64,000 bases of DNA, from positions 42,842,001 through 42,906,000 of the forward strand of contig CM114271.1 of NCBI GenBank assembly GCA_050084515.1, given 5' to 3'. Shown one piece after another: positions 19,112 to 33,569 of the stretch. The translations under genes and the position numbers were made by a program. This DNA is from Blasia pusilla. Its lineage: Eukaryota. The notes under the pieces were generated by a model that was not told the origin of the DNA, ran no database searches, and saw only the letters and a list, made by a program, of their open reading frames with translations. Position 1 is the stretch's first letter. Each line of letters begins with the position of its first letter.

Positions 19112-22100
19112 TCATTTATTGTCTCCTGATGGCTCAACCTCGGATTTCCAGACAATGTCTTTGAGACCATGGGACAGGTTTTTGTAAAACTGCAGTTGAG
19201 GCCCCGGTCACAGACACAAGAAAACAAGTCAGTGCCGAACAAACAATGCTCTAATGACTCGTAAGAGGCAAGTTGAAGTGAAGTTGTGAGGTTGACTCGT
19301 AAGTCGAGTCAACCTCATAACTTCACAACCACTAATAACATGTTACAGACTAATAAATCTTAAACCTTACATCTAACCAGCCACTTTCCTTACGCAGGGT
19401 ACTGAGAATCTTTCCATCTCTTAACAGCAATAAGAATGAAATGACACAGAGAATACCTCCGAATCTTGACAACTGTCTACTTGAAAACATAAAACCTATC
19501 CATGGGCAGGAAGCAGGCAATTCATATGCTTTCAGGCAAAGCAATAGATAAATAACTTGTTTGATACCATTTCATCTACACATAAAGCTCAACCGAGTAT
19601 GGAGTACAAGAAGAATAAGCACTGTAAAGTAACTTTTATCTCACCTTGTGATATTCCAGTGTGTCTCCACCAGCCTTCCGTAACTCTACCATGAAAAGAG
19701 AAGGTGCCACTTCAAATACCTGCATTCACTAGAATCTTCTTAGTTGTCCGGTTTAGAATCAATTATCATACCTCAATAATCATACCTTGTGGATCCGGTC
19801 CGACTAACACAGGACAGACATTAATTACTAGTAGTCAAGCTCCAAATCTTCCCATCTATGTACCATGACCGTCATTGATATGTTTTAGTGCAATGAATTT
19901 CTGAAAAGAATTGCCACATTAAAGATGAGGCAATTGACTCCCTCTGATTTTTGATGTAAAACTGCTCTCTCTCTTCTCCAACTTCAGCACCTCGCCCTCA
20001 TTCACACAAGATCATGTTTGGGACCGTTGCCAGTATTGTGAACAGGAGAAGATTAAAGAAATTCAAGGAAGTGCTTTTCTTCTGTTGTACAAGGCCACCA
20101 GGGAGTGGGGAATCACAACTTTCTTTTTAAATAGGAACCCTGCTACCCACCATCTCAGTTGGAGAGTTCAATAATGCCTTCATAATTTACCAACAAGGTG
20201 CTATGATTCAGACCACCAAAAAAACATTTTTAAGCATGGTGAGTAGAGAATTCAGAATATTGGCCGTTGGTGGACTTGATTTGCTCTTAATTAGGCCTTC
20301 TGGTGCCTGGTTTCTGAGTCTTCTTGGCAGTCCCTTGATGCTACATTTTTCCCCTCCATTTGTTCATCCTCCCTCCTCCCAAACTATGTCTTGGGTATCA
20401 GAAAAAGTATATGAACTTACCTCTGTGGCAACAGAGAGGTGTCCTTTTCTGCCCTGCCTATCCCCTTGCAGCTTCATCTGATTGCACATTAACAAGAAAG
20501 ATTAATATTCTCAACTTATCGCTTGCTAGCTTGTACATTATTGCTCCCGTGAACTGCATATATATATATATATATATATAAAATATTTTCCCCTTCCAGG
20601 ACTACTATACAAGACTCTTTTATCTACGGTACTCATTTTTCATCTCTTATTAGGAAGAAATACATAGCTTCGGGTTCAATAGGGAAGCTTTCTCAAGAAA
20701 CGCTTACCTTGTAATTTCGCTTTTGTACATTAAAACCCAGAGGTTTGGCTGCTTCCTCTATCTTTGAGACAATCTCATTGGCAGGGTGTTTAGAGGTGAA
20801 TCTTGTTTCCCGCTTTACCAAATCCTGCAATAAAATGGATAAATTTGGCAAAATCTTACATTCTGTCACACCATCAAAGATAATACAAGAGGCAGTTTTC
20901 TAACAACTTTGGGGCTGTGCACAGATTCAATTTTCACTCTTGAGAGAAAGATTCATACCGGATGCTCTTCAAAGAGCCCTGAAAGATTGAGACCTCGAGA
21001 CAAGGAGATTAGCTCAAAAGCGTTCATCACTATGGGTTTTGTCTCCTTCTTTTCTTGCACCAAATGCTCCTGAAGGACAACCAAAAGTTTCAAAAGTAAA
21101 TAAGGACATCCAAAAATGTATGGCACTTCCAGGGTAGCCACAGTTGCCAAAATTGCATCTTTCTCCCTATCAGCCAACACACTTACTGTTGAATCATTGA
21201 AAACTGCATCAATATCTGCCAAGTCAGCACCCTCCTCTTCTTTGAACTTTGCACGCTGATAACCCTTCTTGAACCAATCATTTTCTAGTATCTGAGGGAC
21301 GGTGATACGCTGCCAATTTGAAGATGAAGTTCATGTAAGACTTCCACATCAGACAACCGCTTCTTTCAACAAATCAGATACACCCCAGCACACATGAGAG
21401 CTCACAGTCAACAAAGATTTCTGTGCAAAAATTGCTATCAAACTTGAAAGCACTTCACCACTTTCATCAGGGTGCGATCAAAACCAGTGATGGAACCAGT
21501 GACAGATATGTGAGTACATGTTACTCACATTTTTAGGATTAGGCTCAAGTATTCTCAAGATCAACTTTCTAGCTCCAGGGGAGAACCAAGAGGGACACGT
21601 GAAATCCGCTCGATAAATCTGCAGAGACAAATTTGTGAGATTTTATCTTTGTATCACTAATGCAGGCATCTCAAAGTAGACAAGATGGGCAGAATCACAA
21701 TAGATCTGGAAAAGTTCACTCACAAAGCTTCAGTACTTATTGGAGAGCAGAATCACTACAATTTTTTTGTGATCCAAGGGCAGAAGGCAAAGAATGCACA
21801 TTCAGAATCTTCCACTTGACAACATTTACCTTTTTGTACAGGGTCATGAGGTTGGACTCATCAAAAGGTAGGTAGCCTGCCATTAAAACATAGAGAATCA
21901 CCCCGCAGGACCATAAATCAGCAGTTGCTCCTTTGTAACCTTTGTCATTGATGACCTGCATCACCATTGGGGAATCCACTATGTTGAACGACACAGATAA
22001 ATAACACGAACTGGTTTCAGTTCGAAACCAACAGTTGCAACTTCCCTATGTATCTTCATCAACTGGAAAGTGTCAGATCCGACTTTTTTTCAAAAGCACC

Positions 22101-25100
22101 TTCTTGCATATCACAGATCCACAAACTTTCCAAAAATGAAAAGATGCTTATGAGTGTTGTAACATTAGAAAACAACTCATCATGGTCCCAGTAGGTGTAC
22201 CTCTGGTGCAACATAGTTAGGAGTGCCACAAGTAGTATGTAACAGGCCATCCTCCTGAAATCAATCAAATTTCAATCACTTCACGTCAGCAGATAAGCAG
22301 TATATTTCTTACTACAAGTATTCATTTATGGCCACATCTAAGAGTACTGCTCTTGCAGAATTCTATTCAGACTCAACACCAAATCCTCTAGTATAAGTGT
22401 GGATGGATATAGCCTAAACTTCAGTGAAGGGGAAATCACCCTAATACTTCAGCACAGTCAGATAGACAGGAGACTCTGAACGTAAAAAGAGGAGCATATC
22501 AAACACACCCAACAGTTGCACTATGAAGACCAATCAAGCATATTGAGGTTTCCACAATTTTTTTATTAATTGATACCCTAAACACACAGGCGACAAAAAC
22601 TTCTTTTGCAGACATTTAGTGAAGGTGGGAACTACGACTTTTGGGGATTTCTGAATTTAGCGGCCACAGCAGTGTTGGTAAGACAATCAATGAGCTCAAT
22701 TGATCCACTGAATGATTCAACAATACAGGAGAAGTGATCCCGAACAAACATTAAACAACTAGCAAGCAGTTGTTGAAATGGTCAAACAGCAGTCCATGTT
22801 GATGTATAAAATTGGGCATTACAGTCAAGGAAATTAGTAAACTAAAGATGACTGACAGTGCAAAAGTGCAAAAGAGGTGTAACATGACAGGAGATTAATA
22901 AACTAAAGATGAGGACTGACAGTGCAAAAGACATGTAACTTGAAAATGTCTGCTACAAAGGGCCGACCAAACCACCTATGGTCACCACAACATTATTTCA
23001 TTGTCACATACCTGTAACACGTTAAAGATTACTCACCCTATATTGTTGTGGAAGGGCGCTCAACCCAAAATCGGAGATTTTAAGATTGCCATTTGCATCC
23101 AGGAGCAAGTTTTCAGGCTGGGAGACAGGCAGACAGTATGGTAAGCCATTACTGAAACAAATGTCACACCTGTGCAATGAGTGGACATGATTACTGCTGA
23201 GAAATGAGAACTTGAACACTTTCAAAAGCTTAAGCTCGGATTTGTCACATTCATGTAGTACAATAGTACCCGCAAATTTTGATAGGGTTTCAAGACACGG
23301 GCAAATCATAGACCAAATCAAGAATCTATTGCATGACTTGAATCTATTGCACTTGGAATCAAACACAAGTGACATGCTAACATGAATATATAAATAATAT
23401 GTCAAGACCAACAAATGGAGTTGTTATACCTTAAGGTCTCTATGGTACACACCACGACTGTGGCAAAAGTCAACAGCGTTTATGAGTTGTTGAAAATACT
23501 TTCTTGCTTCGTCCTCCTTCAAACGACCTTGATGAACCTGCAACAAAACAAAGGTCATCACAGCAACACATTAGAACCTTTTAGTCTACCATTATGATAC
23601 ACCACGTGTAAGTCCCATAATCCCTTGCCTGGATGAACCGATGGAACCATCATACCAAGATTCATCAATCAATGACTAAATTGCAGTTCTGAACAGAAGA
23701 TTGTGCTCAACTCTCCACTATGAAAACTGGGGCCTTACTATGCTATACTTGGCACTTCAACCAGTAGATCACTTACAATCTTATCAAAGAGTTCACCGCC
23801 TGTTACAAATTCAAGAACTATGTATATTTTGGTCTTACTGGCCAACACCTGCCATGATCATCAAATGAATACATTAGATTGCCTGGTAACACATCCTTGT
23901 CTCTCCATGACAATTTCAAAAAAATGATGAGGCCTACTCCGTAAGTATGCTGTAGTTGGTCATTAAAACTTGAATTGAAAGAGTTCTGTGGTCACCAAAT
24001 CTCCAGATCAAGTTCTTGGAAGAGGCTGTTGAGGTCAACACTCACAAGACACACAGGGGGTGACTTACAACACAACTGGGACAATGAAAATGAAAATTTG
24101 CAGACTCCCCAAAATCAATTTTTTGTGCTCTGCTGACAAAAATGGAAGAGACCTCCATGAAACCAAGCATCCATACCTCTTTCAGTTGTACTATATTTGG
24201 ATGCTTCACAAGTTTCATCGTAGAAATCTCCCGCTTTATCTGTAAATAGGGCATGGTAAGTCTTGATAAAGAAACTTCTAGTACAACTAGAAGTTATTTG
24301 TCCAGAATTACAAGTCTGAGAAAATAAGAAATCTACAGGTCACTTGATGTTCATCTTGCTCTCTCCTGCCAAGTCTTGCCCGGGAGTGGTTAGCAAACTT
24401 TGACCACAAATGAAGGCCACAACCATGTAGTCCTGTACAGTCCTCACCCAAAACACATCATCTGCAACAAGCTTTTGCATGGAGTACACAGATCATCAAA
24501 CAGGTTCTATTTATCTCACAAACCGTCAGAGGCATACACTTAAGGCAGGAAGATACAACCATTAATTATAGTACCACTGCTTGCATAACCTTTGGACTGT
24601 CATCTGTATCTCACCAACTGAAAATAGGCTAGTTTAATCACAGATTCTATTCATCGTTTTAAAATTATACAAAGAAGGATTTCTGTTCAAATGGTGTTTT
24701 TTGAAATACTCAAAACAGTTCAAGATAATTCTCAAAATCAGCCCAACTTTTCCTCACAAAGAATGTCAGAACTCTCCAAAAGTTGGGAGTACCTTTGGTC
24801 ACTCAAGCTCCCCAATACTGAGTTTTAAGGGAACACTGCCTGATTCAACTTGACCCCAACCCCAAATACACTATTATGATGACGTGTGGTGTACTTGGAA
24901 ATGACTTAACACGCATATACAACCTCAGAGGATACTTAATGGAAAAAACGGAACAAACTACCTCTGATTGATAGTAACGAGTTGTTCACCCCATTATGGC
25001 GCAGACTTCTAACTTTGCAAGGTAGGGCAGAACCGTCTGGTTAAAGAAAACCTTTGGATCATTGAAAATAAGGTGGTAACTGCACCACGTACTAAATCCT

Positions 25101-26458
25101 GAGCATATCTTCCAGGTGCAGGGGCACCAGTGAACTTCGGGGAGCTGGTCGCCATTGTGACATTTGTATTTGTAATGACGATTAAAGATAAACCCCCAAC
25201 CCCCTCAATGACAGAGAGCTCAAGAGGAAACCTGATCAGTATTCATCTTAAAATCGTATGCGTTCGTGCCCATAATCAATTACAAGAGAGACTACCTTCT
25301 TCATCCAGGTATCAGCAAACTTGTGCTGCACAAATTCCCTAAATCTAAACCACAACGCAAGAATAGTTTTAGAACTCGTGCTCTGTATTATGATTTCAGG
25401 CCAGTCGGCAGAAAGGGCGTAAGGTGCCCAATTAGAAATTTGGTAGTTGATTCTCCCATCGGCCTCCGAGCAAAATCTACTTCTAGAGGAGTGGGAGGAA
25501 ACGAGAACTTTCATTTCTGACACACAGTTGAAGTGGAGAAGAGAAGGAGCAGTACGGGGAAAGAATGCGCCCATAGAATCCCTGAGACCCTCAACATCGC
25601 CGAGTATCTTAGTGGTAGACATAACAGCCCTAGAGACTTCGTCAACTCCCCATAGAGGCTCTGAGAATATGCTAGTAGCAGAATCAACGACTTGAGTACA
25701 GATGCCCTTATACCGACAAACTAACCCAAAACGTTCAGGGTCCCAAGAAACTGGAACCATTGCAGCTCCATACAACACTTCTTCAGCCTTCGTAAGCACT
25801 CTTGATGCGATTCCAGACGCTGACATTTACAACTTCACCCAAAAGACGCTCCTTTTCAGACTTTCTCGCACTCGGTGAAAGAAACCTCGCCGAGCGACAG
25901 CCCCCATCGAAGTCCTATGGTGTCCTGGCAGTATGAATACATTTATCTGATCTTGGCGGACCCATCCACGCTCCTAATCCTAAGTTCCCTGTTTATCTTC
26001 CGGATTACTACGATTAACATTGAGAAACACGACGGTTCGATGGGAGTTGCTAAAATGAAGGAAGACACATATGATAGTGAAGCACTCGAATGGAAGATTG
26101 AATGCCTAACGTCGCCAGGGCACACCTTCGGATTTGAAGAAAGTGCTCTGGAAGGTGAGTCTCCCACTCTATTCGGGTGAAATTCGGTGTATATTCAGGA
26201 TCCCCTAACATATCACCTACATCCCGACCAGTCGAGTCCTAGAAACGAAATTGTAAGAAAGTTAGGCATGGAGAAAAGTACCTGCTCCACCATCTTATGC
26301 TTCAAAATTTTCTCCTTGTCCAGAATTTTAATGGCTACACACTCCTCTGGCGACGTGTCAACAATCCTGGCGAACTTGACCTTGGCAAACGTACCCTCTC
26401 CGAGCGTGCGACCAAGTAGATACTTCCCCACACGCGTGGTCCCTTGAGAGAAGGCCAT
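19112..26458 (-). CDS. CIPK: CBL-interacting serine/threonine protein kinase (SnRK3/CIPK, intron-rich CIPK23/9/3-like group), 14 exons, 443 aa
   Basis: Exons read with GT-AG boundaries (minus strand): 26282-26458, 24177-24239, 23777-23848, 23430-23537, 23037-23117, 22201-22254, 21830-21955, 21529-21618, 21187-21309, 20959-21069, 20708-20824, 20421-20477, 19645-19719, 19112-19189 (1332 nt including TGA). Motifs: [35 protein letters not shown], the NAF domain ([19 protein letters not shown]) and RFTS. Confidence 0.95.
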
Positions 26459-27540
26459 CTCCCGTAGCTTCTAAACACTAGACCTCGATGGTTTATAAGT
26501 CGCCCATATTTTCGTAAATTTCACGGTAGATCTTGAGAGTTAGATGATCGGGGTGTGCGTTGACGACGTCCAGGAATTGATTATTCCTCTGGAAAGTAAG
26601 CAAGCAGGTTCAGATGATGTCAATTTCCCTTCGGACGTTCCGCGAAAACTCGGAGACTACGGTGAATGCCAGTACTGTCGATATTTGAGGAGTTTCTCCA
26701 CTACCAGCTGGTGAAGAGAGAGCATAAACATGAGGTACCGCGCCGTGCTGATGAGTACGAACTTTCCGCAAATCTTGGATCAGTCTGGCAAGATCTAGCT
26801 CGGGATTTTCGACTGATGACCGAGGATCTGATAGGTCATCGCACAAGGACGAACACGGGGATCGGCGGATCACCCCAGTCCGACAGCGTATGCACGGCCG
26901 TGACTCGGGCAGCAATAATGACACTCCGAAACTGTGCAGCAACAATCGATTCGCTTCAGCGGAATGTTTCCGGGTGTCACCCGCAATCGTTGAAGTCGTA
27001 TGTCCTACGCACGCAGCAGCACTTCGAAGACCAAATCGAGATTGTAAGCCACCACAAAACACCTCCTCCTCCTCCTCCTCGAGCTCACTTGCAGGAAAGC
27101 TCTCCAAAATTCGGCCCTCGCTCCTCCTCTGCAAGCACACACACGCTCTGATCGACCAATCAAGTGCGGAATCTCGGCATAAGCAAACTTCCTCGCATCC
27201 CGATTTCCAGGGCAACACGCAATCAATCCCAAACCTTGCTCTCCCACCACCGCTACACAACCCGGTCGGCCAAAGTCAAGCGTCCATACATCTCTAGAAG
27301 ACAAACCAACAGAACAGCGAGCGCAGCTCCCGGACGACAGTTGAGAACGTACGCGTGGAAATTGAAAGACGCGCACAAAATACACACCACTGAGACCCAA
27401 GATGGCAACCCCCAAAGCCGACGCCCGACTTCAAGCGCACAAAACTACACTACTAATCCTCCTCCTTCCTTCCTTCCATCCTCCCCGTCCGTCCGTCCGT
27501 CCGTCCCTCCCTCCTCATCAATCTCCCGTGCGCGTGCGTG

Positions 27541-27643
27541 TCTATACTGCACCGGCATCCGATCCATCCATTTACCGCTACTGTCCACGTGGGCCCCCCT
27601 TTCCAGACTCCCCCCTGCCCGAGGCCTTCGGATTGTCACGTCA
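27541..27643 (-). promoter_or_regulatory. Putative CIPK proximal promoter: G-box CCACGTGG (27585-27592), TGACGTG (27637-27643) and a weak TATA-like TATAGA (about 27541-27546)
   Basis: The motifs sit at the upstream edge of the GC-rich, 5'UTR-like region about 1.1 kb before the ATG. Motif matches only. Confidence 0.35.
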
Positions 27644-28514
27644 ACCTTGCACATTAAAGCTCACGCCCGCCCTTCGCCGACAACTTCTCTGAGTGTTATA
27701 TTTTATCGCATGGGCCCATCCAGCGAAATTGTTATAACATCTAATAAAAACGATGTTATACGGAAGAGTTTAGTGAAGTATATCCTCGTACCGGAAATAT
27801 ATTTTTATCCGGCCCATCTAGTAATCCGCGGATGCATGTTTTCCTAGCGTTCCCCTTCGACACATGCAATCTCCACAAAAAAAAATTTGCATGGTGACTC
27901 AAAATTCTTATGTATCGTAACAGGCCCCTACTAGTAGCAATGATTCAATGCAACTCAAAATCACAAAGTTTAGCATGTTAGGAGGTAGCGTAATAAGAGA
28001 GTTCTTGGGTCATTTTGGGTTCGAAAATGTAATGAATAACCAATATGCATCCCTTGAGAAGGGTGGGAGAGAAAGTAATCAAGTGTGGAGGACAAATGGA
28101 TAGCCTAGGTGGAGAAAAAAAATGGTGTCTAGGGGTGGTAAATAATTATCGTATGAAAAAAGATGTGAATGGAGACTTGAGGATGAAAAGATGAAAAGGT
28201 ATATATATACATATTAATCTTAGGATGCCATTTGCTGAATGTTTTGTCTATCTTGATGCTCCAAAAAATATTTTTGGACATGATCATCCAATTCCAATGG
28301 AAAACCATTTTTTAGCTCCAACTGAAATTTGGAAAAGTATGAAAAAAATATTTCTCTAAATTTAATTCAAAATATATATTCTAATTATAGGATGCATTTT
28401 CTTTAAGCTTCTCCTCTGTTTGGCACATGTCACTAGACGTCTCTCAAAAATACTTTTGGTCAAGCGGAATTGGGGTCACATTGAAACATTTAATTATTAA
28501 CGGGCCCGTAAGGG

Positions 28515-29020
28515 ATTGTGCTTCGCATGGGTCCTTACTAATCATATGTATGGAGATGCACCAACACAACCTTGCTGCCACATTTTAAGAGAAAAGCTTT
28601 TTAAAGAGAGAAAACATTAATTTTTTGAATAAATGTATTCAACTAATTACTCATGATGTTTGGTGAAATTTATCCATTAGGATGCACACTCCCTTATGGG
28701 TCCTTACTAGTCATATGTACAATGAGATGCACCATCACAACTTTACTACCACATTTTAAGAGAATAAGGCATTTTCAAGAGAGAAGGATTTAATTTCTTT
28801 GATTATACACATTCAACTAATTATTCATAATGTTTGGTGAAATTTATCCACTGTGATGCACCGTGCCTTACTAGTCATATGTGTGATGAGATTTACTAGC
28901 ACAACCTTATTACCACATTTCAGGAGAATAAGGGGTTTTTAAGAGAGAAGATTTTAGTTTTTTAAATATATGCAGTCAACTAATTATTCATAATGTTTGG
29001 TGATTTTTTTCCATTGGATG
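28515..29020. repeat. Degenerate tandem repeat, about 3 x 168 bp
   Basis: CCTTACTA(A/G)TCATATGT...CACAAC.TT..T.CCACATTT.A.GAGAA...TCAACTAATTA.TCAT.ATGTTTGGTGA recurs at about 28533, 28702 and 28867. Confidence 0.85.
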
Positions 29021-29639
29021 GGTCTTGTACGCTTTGACCTTGTACTCTAGTTCCCTTGTTGGCATTAATACTCGTTCTTACAATTCTTTTCCCTAGAAAC
29101 GCGGACTATTGTATCACACTCACTAGCATTATGCTTGTGCACGGATGAAAATCACCTATGAGAAAAGGATGGGCACCTTATGTTAAATTAATTTTTATAT
29201 TACATGTGTCATCACCACATGGAACCAAAATGATTGTATGTCGACACCATAAGGGGTTTCCAAACCCTATCCTCTTTTAATAATATAAATTTTTAAAATA
29301 ATTAAAAATTAATATTTTAAATTTTGATTTCAAAATAAATTATTTTTCACTCGCTCTTCATATTTTGAAATATATTCTTCAGATCTTTCCATCTACTTGA
29401 TTTTTCCACATTTTATGATTGAAGCGTAATAAATAGAATTGATATAAAGAGACGTTGAAGTTCTGAACGCCTTTTCTCCTTTCATGAAGACCCGGGCAAT
29501 TAACCCTTCACCACGTCAAGCCCGTACTACGGGCCCACCGGCCCCACCCTCGCACGAACCTTCGGCTCTCACTTACGTTTCGAGCCCTGGAACCTTCGGC
29601 GCCGGTCTGCAGTGCCGTCGGGAACATGGGCCGTCTTTC

Positions 29640-29885
29640 TCGACGGCTGATAGCCAGTTCCCCGGTGCCGGGACCCTGGCTACCAGGAGTGAACGAACCC
29701 TGATAGCCAGTCTCCATGTGCAAGGACCCCAAAGCGCACCGGCTACCAGCGGTGAAAGAACGGTAATAGCCAGTTCTCATGAAGTGGGACCCCACAATTC
29801 ACTGACTACCACCGGTGAAAGAACACCAGAGCCCCTGTTCCGGGACCCCACAGCGCACCGGCTACCAGCAGTGAAAGAATACTGG
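29640..29885. repeat. GC-rich tandem repeat, about 4 x 60 bp
   Basis: The unit GGACCC...GGCTACCAGC(G/A)GTGAAAGAAC..T.ATAGCCAGT recurs at about 29678, 29741, 29804 and 29860. Confidence 0.75.
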
Positions 29886-32800
29886 CCTGCAGTACCGAAC
29901 TGGGGGGCCCGGAAACCCATTTGTGATAGTAGATGGCACCTTCCCATTAGGCTAGACGATCTTATCGCGAAACTAAAATAATTAAATTAATAATATAGAA
30001 AGAAGGATACGGTTCGCTTATTCCCTGGCTTCGGCACCATTTGACTTTAGAAATAGATCTATAATATCCTGCGGCACAGGCGCACACAGACGTGAGCATT
30101 TGTTCGTCTCCGTCTCCATGCAGGCTTCAACCTCGTAGACATACATACATCGCAGCATTATGCATCCATACACATGTATGCATACAAAGCACCACGTGTT
30201 CTCGCTGCCCACTTATAAAATCTCCCCTAAGGCTGCCCCGGTTCAGCAGCGGGAGGACATTCTTAAAGCCAAGATTCACGGGAAGGGTAGGACCTCGTAT
30301 CGTAGTTTAAGTCGGTGGCTACGAGGGAATCTCAAAGGTATTTGTGGAACATGTTTGTTTGAAAGGTTTGGCTAAGCTTAATTACGAGTTAATAACCACT
30401 TAGTTTGACGTGGAAACTCCTAAGTCTTTTATCAACGTGGATGAAAAGGGAATAAAAAAATCTAAGGAATATCCTTCACAAGTTTAGTTTGAAAGGGACT
30501 CACTTTATAAAAATTTATAGTGAGTGGAGTAGGGTCCATCACCACGGGGGCTTAACTCTTAGCCAAGAGTTAACATATGACGCAAAGTCAAAATGGAACA
30601 TATGCATCCACCTTGGAAAGTGATGCAAAATTGGTAACTCCAACTAACTACATATGTTGAATTCTATCCATTACATGGTATATGTTGAATTCTATCCATT
30701 ACATGGTGTGGTGGATAACCATGGGGTTGTGTGATATTATCATGATTCTTATTATGATTCTTATTATTACAATTCAAAGGGATATTCTTGGTACTTCAAA
30801 AAATTTAAACTCTTTTCATTGGCTTATTTACCACTATCGTGTACAATAGACCTAAGCGAGTTTCAATTCTTATTGAAATTATCAAAATGTTACGATGGAA
30901 TATTCCGTCACCATGATCCTACTCATCCATGCACCATATTCTCAATTATAAAGCTAAGAACCCTCCTCTCCTACCGAAAGGATAATATTCCCCTATGGGC
31001 TCAATTGGGAAGCTAAACAATTCCCCTCCACGATTGAAATGATAATATTCTCTTGAGTATATTAAAATAATAATAAAATATTTTTCATTGAAGATGAAGT
31101 TTGAGGTGGCCACTAGAAAGTATGAGCGTTTCAAAATCAAACAAGTATGGTTTCTTCATACAAACAACTTAGATAAGACCATTTCTAAGGTAAATATATA
31201 ATAACGTAAATACAAGTGAAAAAAACGAATTACTCAAATTATATTCCTTGTGACTAGATACCTTAAGTAACTTTCACTCAAAGAGATAAAACTCCATTCA
31301 CTTGATATTACTAACACCTTTATGGCCATAACAAAACAAATTGAAAACCATATTAGTTCATAAAATGCATGCTATTCTTTCTCTTTCCTTTGAAAAAAGA
31401 CCTTTAGGGTATTCTAAGTCCGAGTTCTTTTCTCAAGTGCACCCAATTTCTTTCTTACATGTCCCCCTTCTCAATTCAATTTCATCCTCCAATTGATAGT
31501 ACACAAACTTATTTCATTCCATCCTTTCATACATACTACAATCAAATTATGCTTCTTATTATACAAAATCATTCTACAACACAAATGCCCTCATCTCTAT
31601 TTATTAGTTTTGGAAAGGATAATTTTTTAATTTGAAATATTTGAGTCCATAGAGAATTAATTTTGATCCTCTCTAATATTTGTTTCTTAAAAACTTCATG
31701 TTCAAACTCTTTACTTTATCATCTCTTTAGTTCCTAATAGATCAATTATTCATGAAGGAAATCACTAAAGTTTTTTCTTTAAAAAATAATTTTGGGGACA
31801 TAACTAATATCTTGACATATTTTTGTCTTATATTGTAATAAATTATGAGCGACATTCAAGATTTATTGCTGGTTAGAAAATCATAGACACTCTATGTTTT
31901 GAAAGAGAGCATTACCTCCATCTCAATTCTTTTGGCCTACCCCAAGGTCCTACGGACACAATCATACGCCAGAGAAGTTCATTTTGCTAATTTTTTTATT
32001 ATAGCTCATACTAAATACAATAAGGAACCAGCTAATAATGAAACAAGACTTGCTAATCTTTTGATAGCTCATCATCTTTATAAGCTAACTCTCCTCTTCG
32101 TATATGTGTGTATGAAAATGTAGGTCTTACAAGGTTATACTTTTTCTACATGGTATTAGAGTTATGAAGAGTATGGATAATCCTTTGTCAAGTGGGAGAT
32201 TTTCAAGAGGAGTATGAGGCTTCGTGGAGGAGAAAATATGAGAAGTTGACTTATTGAGGCCTAAATCCTCTTGTAATCAATCCATTATATATTGATTACC
32301 ATCATTACATTTATAATAGGTCATATTTAATACTAGTGTAAAACACGTATTATGCATAAGGCCAATAAAAATATAATTTTGATCACATAATGAAATTCAT
32401 TACATCCCATTTCTCCTATTAATATCTCAATCCACCATAAATTAAAACCACATTCTCCCATGAAACCCCATATATGGGGATTGAATTAAGGGCACACAAT
32501 GGATTATGAGGTTGGTCTTAGAATTTTGACACTAAGCCAAAATCGATTAGCCTATTTTTGGATTGTGTCATTGCACCTCAATCCCAAACACTTACATTGA
32601 GTCCCACAAAGAGAGTTGTTGAATATCCATTGGCATGGGAAATTGGGATCTCCATGCATGCTAGTGGCATTTCAAATCCCTATATTATCAAGGAAGTTTA
32701 TCCCAAGTCCGAAATGTCTTGCATGTATTGGGGAGTTATGGGTTAGTTTGGTATCTAACCCTATGTAGGATTATTGAGATTAAGGCATGACTCAAGACCT

Positions 32801-33569
32801 AAACTTAAGAGATGCAAGATGGTTGACACAAACATGGCTAATATGAGTATGTCTGGGTGCAGATCAATAATAAGAGGATGACCTAAGGAACGCTCGCTTC
32901 CACAATACACAATATTGACATTGAAGACAATAGGTGCACAATACGTGGTACCCAATGCAATCCTTCATGAGCATGAAATCAAGATAATATGTGGTGAGTA
33001 GACACTTAAGGTGAGCTTAAGAGACTAGCTAATAACTAGATGCTTGAGATTAGCTCAAGGTAGTAGCCGACGAAAGGATGCTTGGGAGAACACAAGGAAG
33101 CAGTTGAGTTATGGATGCTTAGGAAGGGATGCAAGAAAAAAGAGAAGGATTGTAATAGACCGGGGCTTGAATATAGCAAAAATAGATGGATAGTCATTAA
33201 GAGCACTTAATTAAGCACCAAAAACCAAGACAGTAATCGACACCTAATTAAGAGTCGGAAAAGGAGACATAAGTCCCTTATAACCCCACATGTAAAAAAC
33301 AGCAAGTACTTTTCCAATTTCCAAGTTATGTTGGAGCCTCCTTGTATTTCCAACCCTTCTAGGGTATGAGTGCTCCTCAAGTTTGATGATCCTCTTCCAG
33401 GTGAAAACCCTTATCGTTTGGGATGGCCATTTAGGCTTGCATCTCATGTTCTACAACTCATGCCTTATGTTCAAGACTCCAATACATTTCCATCATAGTG
33501 TGAGATCACTACAATTTTCATGTTCTAAATTGGCTTATGTTTGGCCATGATCATGAGGATCGTGATACT

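Noticed and set aside
25248-25826. 192-aa minus-strand ORF in CIPK intron 1
   Set aside because: No domain similarity recognised, and the kinase model is complete without it.
26610-27847. Overlapping 135-227 aa ORFs upstream of CIPK
   Set aside because: No recognisable motifs. They sit in GC-rich 5'UTR/promoter DNA where long chance ORFs occur on both strands. uORF function cannot be supported from sequence alone.
29484-29981. 165-aa ORF with internal peptide repeats
   Set aside because: It arises from the about 60-bp GC-rich tandem repeat and has no other coding evidence.
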